A DNA stretch of 64,000 nt from Armatimonadota bacterium (GCA_041690135.1 JAWLHY010000012.1:32001-96000), one strand, 5' to 3'. Counted from the first letter of the stretch, positions 52,732-63,486 are shown. Program-made: numbers and translations. Notes: a model not told the origin generated them from the letters alone.

Positions 52732-53547
52732 TCACTTCTGGCACGTGGGGCAGTGGTAGGTGCCCCGGCCGCCGACCTGGCTGAAGACGATGGGAGTTTC
52801 GCACTGGGGGCAGGGAGTGCCGGCGCGGCGGTAGACGGTGAAGACGTTCTCGGCGCCCTTTTCGCCCAGGTAGATCAGCTCGCGGCGGCCCTGGACGGCG
52901 ATGGCCCACTCCAGGAACCCGGGCGTGATCTCCGCGATCCTTTGCACCTCCGCATCGGTAAGGCTGGAGGCCGGACGGTCCGGCGCGATCCCGGCGCGGT
53001 AGAGGATCTCGATGACGCAGATGTTCCCCAGGCCGCCGATCAGGTGCTGGTCCATCAGCAGGGCCTTGATGGTGCGGTGGCTGCGGGCGGTCAACTCGCG
53101 AAGCCGCTCCACCGGGGTCGGGTCGAGGAGGGCGTCGGGGCCCAGCTCTGCCAGCTCGGATAGGGTATGGGTTTCGGTGGTCCGCACGGCCCACACCCGG
53201 CCGAACCGGCGCCGGTCCTCGAACCGCACCCGCGTGCCGTCGTCCAGCAGCAGGGAGAGGCGGGTCGGCTTTTCGGGGGGTCCCGCCACGTAGGTGTCCC
53301 GCACGAACCGGCCGGTCATGCGCAGGTGCCCCACCAGTGTGTGCTCTCCCTCCAGGTCGATGAACAGGTACTTCGCCAGCCGCCGGACCCCCAGCACCGC
53401 TCGACCCCGGACCGCCGTTTCCCATGGGGCCGGTCCCGGGTCGTCCCGGAGCATCGGGTCCAGCACCGCGTACTCCACGATCTTCCGGCCCGGCAGCCAA
53501 CGCCGCAGGTTCCGCGCGTGGATCTCAACTTCCGGCAGCTCCGGCAT
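52732..53547 (-). CDS. mutM: formamidopyrimidine-DNA glycosylase (Fpg/Nei family)
   Basis: MPELPEVE, HLRMTG, RRFG, GLGNI, C-terminal CxxC...CxxCQ zinc finger. Confidence 0.92.
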   Translation of the reverse strand: MPELPEVEIHARNLRRWLPGRKIVEYAVLDPMLRDDPGPAPWETAVRGRAVLGVRRLAKYLFIDLEGEHTLVGHLRMTGRFVRDTYVAGPPEKPTRLSLLLDDGTRVRFEDRRRFGRVWAVRTTETHTLSELAELGPDALLDPTPVERLRELTARSHRTIKALLMDQHLIGGLGNICVIEILYRAGIAPDRPASSLTDAEVQRIAEITPGFLEWAIAVQGRRELIYLGEKGAENVFTVYRRAGTPCPQCETPIVFSQVGGRGTYHCPTCQK

Positions 53548-55177
53548 CCTCTCTCCTCCAGATGGTGAAATGTTCTATTTCCGCCGCGGGCCGGTAACCC
53601 GTCCGCAGCCAGGCGTGGAGCTCCTTCCAGGCGTGGAGCTGGGCGGTCGAGTCGTCGCGGCGGCCGCTGGCGTGGGGGATCCGGTCTTCCCGCAGGACCA
53701 GCACCAGGGCGGGCGGCTGCTCCTCCAGATCCGCGAGGAACTCCGCTCGCCACCGCTCCGGGACAAACGGCGCGGCCACCGGCACGTTGAAGAAGAAGCG
53801 CGTCGGCGCGTGGCGCTCCGCCAGCAGGTAGACCGCCGGCTCGAAGCCCCACACCAGCACCGGGTCTCCGGGACGGGCGTGCTCGCGGACATACTCTGCG
53901 GCCTGCCGGGCGGCCAGGAAGGAGTAGTCCCCCTGCCCCGGCGGTCCGAACCGGGTCAGCCATTGCTCGCGGGAGATCCGGCCGGTCGCCAGCCACGCGG
54001 CATCCCGGTACTCCGCCCCATGGTTGAGCAGGCTCCACCCGAAGGCAATCCCTACGCACACCACCGCGCGGAACCTCCAGGTCGGCACTCTCTCCCCGGT
54101 GGGCCCGCGGGCGCCGGCGCCCTCTCCGGCATCGTTGGTCGCGGGGGCGGTAGGTCGAAGCCGCTCCACCAGGCGCGCCGTGCCGACCGCCGCCAGCAGC
54201 GCGAGGGGAGGCAGCACCGTCTGCCAGTGGTAGCCGAAGTACTTGTCCTGCACCCACACCGCCAGGAGACCCATCCCCAGCATCGCCAGGACCAGCCGCC
54301 GCCCCTCCCGGCTCCATGCTCCGGACCCGCCGCCGAAGACCGCAAACAGGGCCGGCAGCCAGGCCAACCCGAGCCACGGCAGACCGTAGCCGAACAGGTT
54401 GGTGACGCGGCTCCACGGCCCGGACGCATTGATCCGGGAGTAAGCCGCCACGAACCCCTGCTGGATATCCACGTAGTCGTCCCAGATGCCCGTTGAGAAC
54501 ATCCAGGCGACCACCACCAGCAGCGGCGCCGCCGCCCCGGCCAGGAAAAGGCCGCTGCGGACGGCCCTCCGTCCCGGGTCCAACTCCGCTTTCCCCAGGG
54601 CGAACCCCACGAAGGGCAGCAGCGGCAGGACGGTGGTGAACTTCAACACCGCCGCCGCCCCGGCCAGAAGCCCGGCGACCACCATCCCCCTGCCGTCTCT
54701 AAGGGAGTTGGACAGACAGAGGAGCGCCGCTCCCAGGATCAGCGGGTTCGCCCAGCTCTCCGCCTGGGCCAGGCTCCAGAAGGTCCCCTGGAGGTAGAGG
54801 ACGGCATACCACGCGGCGGCGCCCCAGCCCATAGCCTCGGCCGCGAGGGGGTGCTCCGCCTCATCCAGGAGACGCCGGGCCAACCGGGCCAGCAAGACTC
54901 CCGTCAGCGCCGCCACCGCGAGATCCGCGCCGCGCAGGAGCAGCATGAGGGAGGCGCCCGGGTCCGGAGCCAACCGGGCCAGCAGCGCGTAGAGGAGGTA
55001 GATGCCCGGCGGCTTGAGATCCCACACGTCCCGGTACGGCAGCTCGCCCCGGGCCAGCGCCGCGCCGACGTACGCGAAGACCCCCTGGTCCCGCCCGTAG
55101 GGGTAGAAGAGGGTGGGCGCCAGCAGCACCAGCACGATGCACGCGGGAATCAGCGCCCGCAAGGAGGAAGGCTTCAC
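53525..55177 (-). CDS. ArnT/GT39-like membrane glycosyltransferase
   Basis: RDQG, PYRDVWDLKPPG, many TM helices; GTGA overlap with the upstream Uma2 gene. Confidence 0.82.
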   Translation of the reverse strand: MKPSSLRALIPACIVLVLLAPTLFYPYGRDQGVFAYVGAALARGELPYRDVWDLKPPGIYLLYALLARLAPDPGASLMLLLRGADLAVAALTGVLLARLARRLLDEAEHPLAAEAMGWGAAAWYAVLYLQGTFWSLAQAESWANPLILGAALLCLSNSLRDGRGMVVAGLLAGAAAVLKFTTVLPLLPFVGFALGKAELDPGRRAVRSGLFLAGAAAPLLVVVAWMFSTGIWDDYVDIQQGFVAAYSRINASGPWSRVTNLFGYGLPWLGLAWLPALFAVFGGGSGAWSREGRRLVLAMLGMGLLAVWVQDKYFGYHWQTVLPPLALLAAVGTARLVERLRPTAPATNDAGEGAGARGPTGERVPTWRFRAVVCVGIAFGWSLLNHGAEYRDAAWLATGRISREQWLTRFGPPGQGDYSFLAARQAAEYVREHARPGDPVLVWGFEPAVYLLAERHAPTRFFFNVPVAAPFVPERWRAEFLADLEEQPPALVLVLREDRIPHASGRRDDSTAQLHAWKELHAWLRTGYRPAAEIEHFTIWRREDAGAAGS

Positions 55178-55782
55178 GGGCTCTCGGGAGAATCTCCCGT
55201 CGCTCCCGGCTCCGGGAGCTCCACGTCGAAGTAGATCTCGGAGAGCGGAACGCTGCAGCCGACCGACTCCAGGTTCAGCGTGGCGTGGATATCCTGAATA
55301 TCCCGGAAGAGCCAGCTTTCCCCATCCGGCTGGCGGGTGTAGACCTCCACGTAACACCGGTCCTGGGCAATCAGCACGTACTCCTTCAGCGACTCCAGCT
55401 TGCGGTAGAGCTCGAACTTTCCGGTGTGATCGTACTTCTCGGTTGACTCCGACAGCACTTCCGCGATCACCACCGGGTTCAGGAGAGTATCCTGGTGCTC
55501 ATCCTCGAACTCCTCGCCGCACACGACGAGCACATCCGGATAGGTGTAACGTCCGGATGCGGATACCTTCACCCGCATGTTCTCCACATAGGGCCGGCAC
55601 GGTTTGCCACGCAACGCGGCGCGAAGCTCCGCGCCCAGATTGCCGGCCACCAGGTTGTGTGCCGCGGAATCGCCGGCAATCCCGCACATCTGGCCATCGA
55701 CGTATTCGCTGCGGATCTCCGCCGCGCGCTCCAGGGCCAGATACTCTTCCGGGCTGAGATAGGGGATCGGTTCCGCGGACAT
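55174..55782 (-). CDS. Uma2 family endonuclease
   Basis: EYVDG, YPDVLVVC, EVLSESTE, YRKLESLKEYVLI. Confidence 0.93.
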   Translation of the reverse strand: MSAEPIPYLSPEEYLALERAAEIRSEYVDGQMCGIAGDSAAHNLVAGNLGAELRAALRGKPCRPYVENMRVKVSASGRYTYPDVLVVCGEEFEDEHQDTLLNPVVIAEVLSESTEKYDHTGKFELYRKLESLKEYVLIAQDRCYVEVYTRQPDGESWLFRDIQDIHATLNLESVGCSVPLSEIYFDVELPEPGATGDSPESP

Positions 55783-55952
55783 GGGATCTCGGGTGAAGGA
55801 GAGTGGGAGGTTTGGACGCTCACCTCACGTCAATTATCGGGCCGCGCCGCGCGAGCGTCACAAGCGGGGATGTAGGTGCAAAGGGAGAATGGAAGCTGGG
55901 CGCTTCCATTCTCCCCGGATCCGTTGCCGACCGGTGTCGGTGCGGTGGGCGA

Positions 55953-56348
55953 TCAACCGATCTTGTCCAGTACCGCGGCTATGCGCGGGGTGTTCGCCAG
56001 AAACTCCTCCAGGGAGCCGGCGAGAGGGAAGAGGGAGCGCCTGACATTGGGCTCGTTGAACTCCAGGATCACCCATTCCTTACCGTGTCGGTAGTCCTGG
56101 AAGTCAATCTCCTGATCGCCATACCAGGTATGGTCCGCGAAATAGACGCCGGGATCTTCGCCGCTCACCACGACGGCATTCCCGCCCCCCGTGGTTCCGA
56201 TCACATACCATCCGAAGCGGTTGAGGTAGCCGCCTGGGCTTACGCCTTCCATGTTCTCGTCGCGCAGCCTGTCATCGTCGCACCAGGCCACGTCACACTC
56301 GGCTGCCGCCAACCCGTCCCGTTTACGTTTCACTTCCGGTGGGATCAT
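55953..56348 (-). CDS. SMI1/KNR4 (SUKH)-like immunity protein
   Basis: VIGTTGGGNAVV...VYFADH...LAGSLEEFL. Confidence 0.6.
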   Translation of the reverse strand: MIPPEVKRKRDGLAAAECDVAWCDDDRLRDENMEGVSPGGYLNRFGWYVIGTTGGGNAVVVSGEDPGVYFADHTWYGDQEIDFQDYRHGKEWVILEFNEPNVRRSLFPLAGSLEEFLANTPRIAAVLDKIG

Positions 56349-56481
56349 TCGTTGAGCCCTCGAAGGTCAGGCCCGGCGTGGCTCCGCACACCCACTACCC
56401 GTGGATTTGTGCGGAGCTACGCCGGGGCAAGCGGGCAGCGACCGAGGCCCAGGCGCTGCCGTACCAGCGAATCTCACCCGC

Positions 56482-57780
56482 CTAGAAGGACCAGCCGGAC
56501 CGGTACTCCCGTTTCACGATGTGGGCCACTTCCGGAGCGTTGGTGGGCTTGAGGTTCTTCGCGTCCCACTCGATCTTCTTGCCGTCCGCCCACACCGAGA
56601 GGTTGCCGAGCAGGATGGTTTCCGTGAGCGGGCCGGCGTAGTCCGGGAAGTTGGACATCGGCTGCTCACCGCCCTTGATCGCCCGGGTCCACTCCGCGAA
56701 GTGTCCGGGAGACTGCGGGTACTCCACCTGGATCTCGTCCACGCCGAACAGCTTGCCGCCGCCGCCGTAGTCGTTCGAGGTGTAGAGCTTGCCCTTCTCC
56801 CCGATGATCAGCGATCCGCCGCTGGTAAACTTCGTGTCTTCCAACAGCTCCTGGGGTGGGAGCTTGCCGCCGTCGTACCACACCATCTTAATCGGGCCGC
56901 GCTGGTCGGTCGCGGGGAACATGAACTCGATGATCGACCACTTGGGGAAGCTGTCTTTGTTATGGCCGGAGGACTGCGCCTGCACGCTGACCGGGTTGCG
57001 CAGGTCGAGACCCATGAACGGCATGTTGGCGATGTGGCAGGCCATGTCGCCCAGGGCGCCCGTGCCGAAGTCCCACCAACCGCGCCAGCCGAAGGTGTGA
57101 TATCCACCGCCGTAGGGCCGCTCGGGCGCCGGGCCGAGCCAGAGATCCCAGTTCAGGTGGGAGGGGGCAGAGGCCGGCGCGGGCCGGGGCTCGCCCTGCT
57201 TCCAGACGGGACGGTTGGTCCAGACATGCACTTCCTTCACGGGGCCGAGCACGCCGGCGCGGAGCAGGGCCGCCGACTTCCGCAAGCCGCTGTCCCCCGT
57301 GCCCTGGTTGCCCATCTGGGTGGCCAGCTTCTTCTCCCGGGCCACTTCGCCCAGCCGGCGGGCTTCCCAGATGCTGTGGGTGAGCGGCTTCTGGCAGAAG
57401 CAGTGCTTGCCCATCTGCATCGCCATCATGGAGGCGGGATAGTGGGTGTGGTCGGGAGTGCTCACGGTGACCGCGTCGATACCGTCGCCCATCTCCTCCA
57501 GCATCTTGCGGAAGTCGCTGTACTTCTTCGCGTTCGGGTACTTCTGCGCGGCCTTGTTCAGGATGTTCTCATCCACGTCGCACAGCGCGACCACGTTCCC
57601 GTACTTCGCCGCGTCCGCCGTATCGCTCTCGCCCTTGCCGCCCACGCCGATACAGGCGATGTTGATCCGGTCGTTGGCCGCCTGGTTCTCCGCCAGCAGC
57701 GACCGCTCCGCCACCAGCACGCCCATGCCGGCCAGTGCGGTCGTCTTCAGGAATTCGCGCCGGCTACTCTGGTAACTCAT
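56482..57780 (-). CDS. Tat-exported Gfo/Idh/MocA oxidoreductase
   Basis: SRREFLK, IGVGGKG, TPDHTH, CQKPL, WDLWLGPA, GDMACH. Confidence 0.94.
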   Translation of the reverse strand: MSYQSSRREFLKTTALAGMGVLVAERSLLAENQAANDRINIACIGVGGKGESDTADAAKYGNVVALCDVDENILNKAAQKYPNAKKYSDFRKMLEEMGDGIDAVTVSTPDHTHYPASMMAMQMGKHCFCQKPLTHSIWEARRLGEVAREKKLATQMGNQGTGDSGLRKSAALLRAGVLGPVKEVHVWTNRPVWKQGEPRPAPASAPSHLNWDLWLGPAPERPYGGGYHTFGWRGWWDFGTGALGDMACHIANMPFMGLDLRNPVSVQAQSSGHNKDSFPKWSIIEFMFPATDQRGPIKMVWYDGGKLPPQELLEDTKFTSGGSLIIGEKGKLYTSNDYGGGGKLFGVDEIQVEYPQSPGHFAEWTRAIKGGEQPMSNFPDYAGPLTETILLGNLSVWADGKKIEWDAKNLKPTNAPEVAHIVKREYRSGWSF

Positions 57781-58085
57781 CTCGCTCCTCACTTCGGGCC
57801 GGCCTCACCGCCCGCCCATGCAAATCGATTACCGTTCCTTGTTTCGGGATGCCTGGCGCCAATTCCTGGTCAGTCATCTGCCATTCCGGCACACGATCGG
57901 CCGTGCTAGATGGCGGAGCAGCATCCCACACGGCAAGACCGGTGCGTAACCGTGATGAGGCAGGCATCGGAGAGCCTGCCCTACAAAGGAGCGCCCACAA
58001 AAGCAATCGCGTTCCCCAGGGCCCATCCTGTCAGGTGTTCCTCGCCGCGCCCGTTTTGCCAATGGGAACTTGCATGGTCAAGTGG

Positions 58086-59225
58086 CTACAGATGTTTCTG
58101 TAACCACTCCCAGGCGGTGGGATCGTGCCACTCGTGACCGCCGTCGAAGACCACGAAGCGGAAATGGTCCGCCTTGCCCAGTCCCCGGTAGTAGGTCTCG
58201 CAAGCGGGAGCCAGGCGCTTGCCCATCTCGCGGTGAGTGGCGTTGTCTTTCGCGCCGGCCTGGATTTCCAGGGGCCGCGGGCAGATCAGCGCCACGATCT
58301 CGGAGTCCTTGAACAGGCTCATCCGGTCCGGGAAACGGAAGTCGCTGGGGACCGACAGTTCGTCCTGCTCGTAGCGGTACTCCTGCACACCGAAGTAGCA
58401 GCTCGATACGGCCGCCTTGATGCGCGGCTCCAGGGCCGCGGTGACCAGGGTGTAGTAGCCGCCGTAGGAGAGCCCGACCATCGCCACGCGCTTCGGGTCG
58501 ACCTCCGGCCGCTGCAGGAGGACGTCCAGGCTGCGCGTGATCTTCGCGATCTCGATGGCGGTGAGGCTGGTGCCCACCAGGCGCGCCCGGTCGTCGATCT
58601 GTCGCCGGATGTCCGGCGGGAACCCCTCGGCGCGAAAGAGGTGAGTAGGCGCCCACACCGCGTAACCCCGCTTCACGCCGCCGCGGACCATGTCGCGGTA
58701 GTTGGCCCCGCCGTGGAACAGCGCCACTTCCGGAGATCCGCCTCCACCATGCATGGAGATCACGAGTGGCGCGCGTCCCTTCACGTTCCGGGGCGTGATG
58801 TACATGCCCACCGCATGCACGCCCGGCAGCACCGGGATCCAGGCGCGGTAGTAGGTGCCCAGGCTGTCCTCACCCACCTTTTCGAACCGCGGCTTCTCGG
58901 CTCCCGGCTTACCGGGAGGCGGGTAACCGATGCTGGCCGCGAACGCCTCGCGCAGCTTGCGCGTGGACTTCGCGAACGCCCGCTCCGAAGAGTAGTCTGG
59001 CCGGAAGAGCTTCTTCAGGCGAGTGTCGTCCGCTTTGAGGCTCTTGATATAGGTGTCCAGCTCGCGGGCCTGCTCGGCGCGGATCGGGTTGGAGGCGGCG
59101 ACTTCTTCCTCATAGTAAGGCGAGGGGGGACGTGCCGGTTTCTCCTGCGGGAGGGCCGGCTGGAGGAGCAGCAGCGAGAGGGCGGCGCCGGAGGCCGCCA
59201 GGACCGAAGCGAAGGGGAGGCGCAT
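58086..59225 (-). CDS. secreted alpha/beta hydrolase (dienelactone hydrolase-like)
   Basis: HGGG, GLSYGG nucleophile elbow, FDGGHE. Confidence 0.88.
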   Translation of the reverse strand: MRLPFASVLAASGAALSLLLLQPALPQEKPARPPSPYYEEEVAASNPIRAEQARELDTYIKSLKADDTRLKKLFRPDYSSERAFAKSTRKLREAFAASIGYPPPGKPGAEKPRFEKVGEDSLGTYYRAWIPVLPGVHAVGMYITPRNVKGRAPLVISMHGGGGSPEVALFHGGANYRDMVRGGVKRGYAVWAPTHLFRAEGFPPDIRRQIDDRARLVGTSLTAIEIAKITRSLDVLLQRPEVDPKRVAMVGLSYGGYYTLVTAALEPRIKAAVSSCYFGVQEYRYEQDELSVPSDFRFPDRMSLFKDSEIVALICPRPLEIQAGAKDNATHREMGKRLAPACETYYRGLGKADHFRFVVFDGGHEWHDPTAWEWLQKHL

Positions 59226-59287
59226 GCGGGGGACTTTCTTTGGAGATGGATGGCTACCAGGGAGTTCAGTCTCCTTTTCACTGCCTT

Positions 59288-59393
59288 GCTCTGCCGCCCC
59301 TCCAGGGCTTTTCCGCAGGGGCGCTGGGTCCGGGGGTTTACACCCCCCCTGCCCGCATTACGGGCGCCCGTTCTCCGGTCGCCCCTCCGGGAC
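59288..59393. repeat. dispersed REP-like element, family A (second copy)
   Basis: same three-block organisation as 23965-24053. Confidence 0.7.
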
Positions 59394-59527
59394 TGCCTAC
59401 CGGTGAAACACCAAGGCGGGAAGGCTCGGTTGCCGGAGGAACCGCCCGGGACCTCCGATAATTGGAAGAGTGTCGGCGCAGCGTACCACTCGCTGTTCCC
59501 CGCAGCCCCACTGCAGCCCCAGTGAGG

Positions 59528-60142
59528 ATGGCCATGTGCTCCCTACCCCCAAATTACCTGACCCCGGAAGAGTACCTGGCGATTGAGCGCCAAGCAGAGT
59601 TCAAGAGTGAGTACTACGCCGGCGAGACGTTCTCCATGGCAGGAGCTACTCGCCGCCACGTGCTGATCACCGGTAACACTCTCATTGCCGTTGGAGTGCA
59701 GTTGCGTGGACGTGGGTGCGAGGTTTACAGCAGCGGGATGAGGGTTTTGATAGAGGAATCTGGCCTCTATACCTATCCGGACGCGGTGGTCATTTGTGGA
59801 GAACGGCGGTTTCTGGATGACCGCGAAGATACGCTGATCAACCCGACCGTCCTGATTGAGGTGCTGTCGGAGAGCACCGAGGCCTATGACCGTGGGAGGA
59901 AGTGGGGTCACTACCAGCGGCTACCGTCCCTCCGAGACTACCTGTTGATTTCCCAGGACGCGCCGCGGATCGAACAGTTTAGCCGCCAGGGAGAGACCGA
60001 CCAGTGGATCTTCCGCTCCTACGATGGGCTCGATGCGGTGATCGATCTTGCCTCCATCGATTGTAAGCTCCCGCTGGCAGAGGTTTTCGAACGGGTCGAA
60101 TTCGAAGCTACCTCCGAAACTACCAACAGCCCAGAAGGGTAA
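59528..60142 (+). CDS. Uma2 family endonuclease
   Basis: KSEYYAG, YPDAVVIC, EVLSESTEAYDRGRK. Confidence 0.93.
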   Translation: MAMCSLPPNYLTPEEYLAIERQAEFKSEYYAGETFSMAGATRRHVLITGNTLIAVGVQLRGRGCEVYSSGMRVLIEESGLYTYPDAVVICGERRFLDDREDTLINPTVLIEVLSESTEAYDRGRKWGHYQRLPSLRDYLLISQDAPRIEQFSRQGETDQWIFRSYDGLDAVIDLASIDCKLPLAEVFERVEFEATSETTNSPEG

Positions 60143-60157
60143 TCCCGGAGTATTCCC

Positions 60158-61312
60158 TTGTCATCTCAAGCCACCATCCGCCGTGTCGTCGCGCACGAAG
60201 TCGTCGTTCCCACCCGGCCGGGGTTCGTCAACAGCCCGGAAATGGGCAACTTTCTCGGCCACGAGTGGGACGAGATGCCGATCTGCCTGCTGGAGGTAGA
60301 GACCAGCGACGGCATTACCGGCCTGGGAGAGGTCGGGCGCGGCACGTTCCTGAAGGAGATCGATCCCTGGCTGCGACAGCTTCCGGGGCTGGAGCTCCGC
60401 GGGTTCAATCCCTCCTGCCTGCCCGCGAGCTGGCGAGCCCCTTCCCTGTACGGCGGCGCAATCGAAGAGGTCCATCCCACCCCCCTCTGGGCGCCTAACC
60501 AGCCGGTGACCTATGCGCTGGAGATGGTGCTGCTGGATTGGGCGGGGAAGCGGCTCGGCTGCCGGGCCGTCGACCTCCTGGGCGGCGCGTACCGGGAGGC
60601 GGTGCCGGTCGACTTCTGGGCCGGGCGCAAAACACCCGAAGACCTCCGCCGCACCATCGCCCAGGCGGTAGAGCTCGGGTTCCACGGGATCAAGATGAAG
60701 TCGAAGTTCGGCGACCCGGTCGCCGAGCAGGTGCGGGCGATCCGGGAAGTGGGGGGAGACGGTTTCTCGGTAACGATCGACCCGATGTACCAGTGGTTCG
60801 GTCCCAGCGAGTCGCTGGCGACCCTCAAGTCGCTCGAGCCGTTCGGCGCCGGCGTGCGCGTGGAGGACCCCTTCCCGGAGGACCGGCCGGAGTTCTGGCG
60901 GCGGGCGCGCCAGACGGTTTCGGTGCCCCTCATCTGGCATGCGCGTGGGCTGGGATCGCTGCGGCGCGCGCTCCAGGAACAGTGTGCCGACGCCTTCAAC
61001 TGCAGCGGAGGCCCGTGGGAGTTCCTGACCGCCGCGCACGCAGTTGAGGTCGCGGGCTACTCCTGCTGGCGGGGCTCTTCCATTGAGCTCGGCGTCGGCC
61101 AGGTCGCCGGTCTCCACGCAGCCGCGGCGGCGCGGTGCTGCGTGATGCCCTCCGACTTCCAGAGCGGCCTCATCCGGGAGCACACCCTCGTCACCTGGGA
61201 CTGGCCCTACCGCGACGGCGCCCTGCCCCTGCCCACCGGGCCCGGCCTGGGGGTGGAGCTGGACCGGGACGCGGTGGCCCACTACACCCGCGCCCAGGCC
61301 GTCTACGCGTAG
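60158..61312 (+). CDS. mandelate racemase/muconate lactonizing enzyme family protein
   Basis: GITGLGE, LLGG, KMK motif, EDP, PTGPGLGVELD. Confidence 0.88.
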   Translation: MSSQATIRRVVAHEVVVPTRPGFVNSPEMGNFLGHEWDEMPICLLEVETSDGITGLGEVGRGTFLKEIDPWLRQLPGLELRGFNPSCLPASWRAPSLYGGAIEEVHPTPLWAPNQPVTYALEMVLLDWAGKRLGCRAVDLLGGAYREAVPVDFWAGRKTPEDLRRTIAQAVELGFHGIKMKSKFGDPVAEQVRAIREVGGDGFSVTIDPMYQWFGPSESLATLKSLEPFGAGVRVEDPFPEDRPEFWRRARQTVSVPLIWHARGLGSLRRALQEQCADAFNCSGGPWEFLTAAHAVEVAGYSCWRGSSIELGVGQVAGLHAAAAARCCVMPSDFQSGLIREHTLVTWDWPYRDGALPLPTGPGLGVELDRDAVAHYTRAQAVYA

Positions 61313-61325
61313 CTGCGGGATGCTC

Positions 61326-61358
61326 GAGAATCCGTACCGCCGGGTGGTACGGATTCTC
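61326..61358. terminator. 13-bp stem hairpin after the enolase-family gene
   Basis: GAGAATCCGTACC-7 nt-GGTACGGATTCTC; weak U tract. Confidence 0.5.
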
Positions 61359-61494
61359 CTCCCGCGCGGGGATTAGCCTCCGCCCCTCCAGGGAAACGTG
61401 CGGGTGGGATCCCCGGTGGGGGTCACTTCCGCCGCGACTCCACCGCCGTTACGCCGTTACCAGGTCGGGATCCCTGGGAATGGAGGGAGCAAGG

Positions 61495-61941
61495 ATGGCA
61501 ACACGCCAGGAGACAACGCACGAGACGAATTATGAAACGTTCGAGGCTCGCCGGGAGAACTGGGCAAACCTGCTGAACGCCTTTACCGCACGTAACCAGG
61601 CCCGGACCTGCCGCCTGGAGGTGCTCGCCCCCGAAGAGGCGCGCCTGCTGGTGGACGACCGGCCGTTCCTGGCCATCTCCCTGGATGACGCAAAGGGAGA
61701 GCCTTGCATCATCGTGGAGTGCGGGGACACGGCCGGGGAGAGCCCGCGCTCGCTGCGGCACATCATCACGGACCCCACCGCCGTGCGGGAGTGGCGTCCA
61801 CACGGGTCGACCGATGCCCTCGAGATCGAGGTCCGCGGCCAGGGGAAGGTCGTTCTGACGATTAACCCTCACCCCGGCCGGGAGACACTGCATCTGGACG
61901 AAGTCGGCCGCTCCGAAGCGCCGATGGGGATCTCAGGGTAA
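61495..61941 (+). CDS. DUF5335-like protein
   Basis: RENWANLLNAFT..N..R...LEV, LRHIITDP, ALEIE; GGAGGGAG RBS. Confidence 0.65.
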   Translation: MATRQETTHETNYETFEARRENWANLLNAFTARNQARTCRLEVLAPEEARLLVDDRPFLAISLDDAKGEPCIIVECGDTAGESPRSLRHIITDPTAVREWRPHGSTDALEIEVRGQGKVVLTINPHPGRETLHLDEVGRSEAPMGISG

Positions 61942-63273
61942 CTAAGCCCCCAGCCGCTCGAAGAGCCAGGTCGGCACCTTCTCGGCGGAGACGCGCACCT
62001 GCTGCATGGTGTCGCGGTCCCGGATGGTGACGGTGCCGTCCTGGGCCGTCTGTCCGTCCACGGTGATGCAGTACGGCGTGCCGGCTTCGTCCTGGCGGCG
62101 GTAGCGGCGGCCGACCGCGCCCTTCTCGTCGTAGAAGACGTTGAAGTGCTTCCGCAGGTCGTTGTGGATCGCCATGGCGCGCTCCGGCATGCCGTCCTTC
62201 TTCACCAGCGGAAAGATGGCCGCCTTGATCGGCGCCAACCGCGGGTGGAGACGCAGCACGGTGCGGGTCTCGCCCTCGACCGTCTCCTCGGCGTAGCCTT
62301 CGCAGAGGAACACCAGGAACGTCCGCGTGGCGCCGGCCGCCGGTTCAATGACGTGCGGGATGAACTTCTCCTTCGTCTCGTCATCGAAGTAGGACATGTC
62401 CTTGCCGCTGAACTGCTGGTGCTGCTTGAGGTCATAGTCGCCGCGGTGGGCGATCCCCTCCAGCTCACCCCAGCCCCACGGGTAGAGATACTCGATGTCG
62501 CTGGTTCCCACAGAGTAGTGGGCGAGCTCCGCCTGCTCGTGCTCGCGGAGGCGCAGGTTTTCCCGCTTGATCCCCAGGTTCAGGTACCAGTTGAACCGCT
62601 CGTCCCGCCAGCGCTCGTACCACTCGCGGCTTTCGTTGGGGTGGCAGAAAAACTCGATCTCCATCAACTCGAACTCGCGCGAGCGGAAGATGAACTGGCG
62701 CGGCGTGATCTCATTGCGGAACGCCTTGCCGGCCTGCGCAATGCCGAACGGCAGCTTGATGCGCGAGGTGTCGAGGACGTTCTTGAAGTTCACGAACATG
62801 CCCTGAGCCGTCTCCGGGCGCAGGTAGATCTGGGCGGCGCCCTCTTCAACCGGCCCGACGAAGGTCCGGAACATCAGGTTGAACTTGCGCGCCTCCGTCA
62901 GGCTGCACTCCTCGAACTCACCCGGCCTCTTGGAGGGCTTGCGCGGGCACTGGGAGTCTTCGATCTGGTCGGCGCGGAACCGGGCCTTACAGGTGCGGCA
63001 GTCGATGAGCGGGTCGGTGAAGGCGTTCTCGTGCCCGCTGGCCTGCCACACGGTCCGGTTCATCAGGATGGCCGTGTCGATACCCACCACGTCGTCGCGC
63101 GAGGTCACGTTGTCGTGCCACCAGGCGTTGCGGAGGTTCCGCAGCATTTCGACTCCCAACGGACCGTAATCCCAGGTTCCGTTCAAACCACCGTAGATCT
63201 CCGAGCCGGGAAACACGAAGCCGCGGCGTTTGCACAGGGACACGATCTTTTCGAGGGTATTCTGTTCAGCCAT
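61942..63273 (-). CDS. glyQS: glycine--tRNA ligase (alpha2 type)
   Basis: CKRRGF, YDYGP-like WDYGPLG, LRPETAQG, FRNEITP, IEPAAG, RYRRQDEAGTP. Confidence 0.97.
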   Translation of the reverse strand: MAEQNTLEKIVSLCKRRGFVFPGSEIYGGLNGTWDYGPLGVEMLRNLRNAWWHDNVTSRDDVVGIDTAILMNRTVWQASGHENAFTDPLIDCRTCKARFRADQIEDSQCPRKPSKRPGEFEECSLTEARKFNLMFRTFVGPVEEGAAQIYLRPETAQGMFVNFKNVLDTSRIKLPFGIAQAGKAFRNEITPRQFIFRSREFELMEIEFFCHPNESREWYERWRDERFNWYLNLGIKRENLRLREHEQAELAHYSVGTSDIEYLYPWGWGELEGIAHRGDYDLKQHQQFSGKDMSYFDDETKEKFIPHVIEPAAGATRTFLVFLCEGYAEETVEGETRTVLRLHPRLAPIKAAIFPLVKKDGMPERAMAIHNDLRKHFNVFYDEKGAVGRRYRRQDEAGTPYCITVDGQTAQDGTVTIRDRDTMQQVRVSAEKVPTWLFERLGA

Positions 63274-63486
63274 CTGGTGTTGCTCCATACGGGCGGGGCT
63301 GCTGAAGCTGGCTAGAGTGCTTCCCACCCCGCGCCGCCCTCTATGATAGCGCTGAACCGCCTCCAGGCATAGAGGTTGCGTTCCGGTGCAGGGAGGAGAA
63401 TGCCCGATGAATTGCTAATCGCATGCCTGGTCGTCCACGGTTCGGATGTCCAAGATACCCTCAACGCAGAAAGGGTTGTACTTCTT

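Noticed and set aside
63274-63486. T-box upstream of glyQS
   Set aside because: Short divergent intergenic region with no T-box consensus
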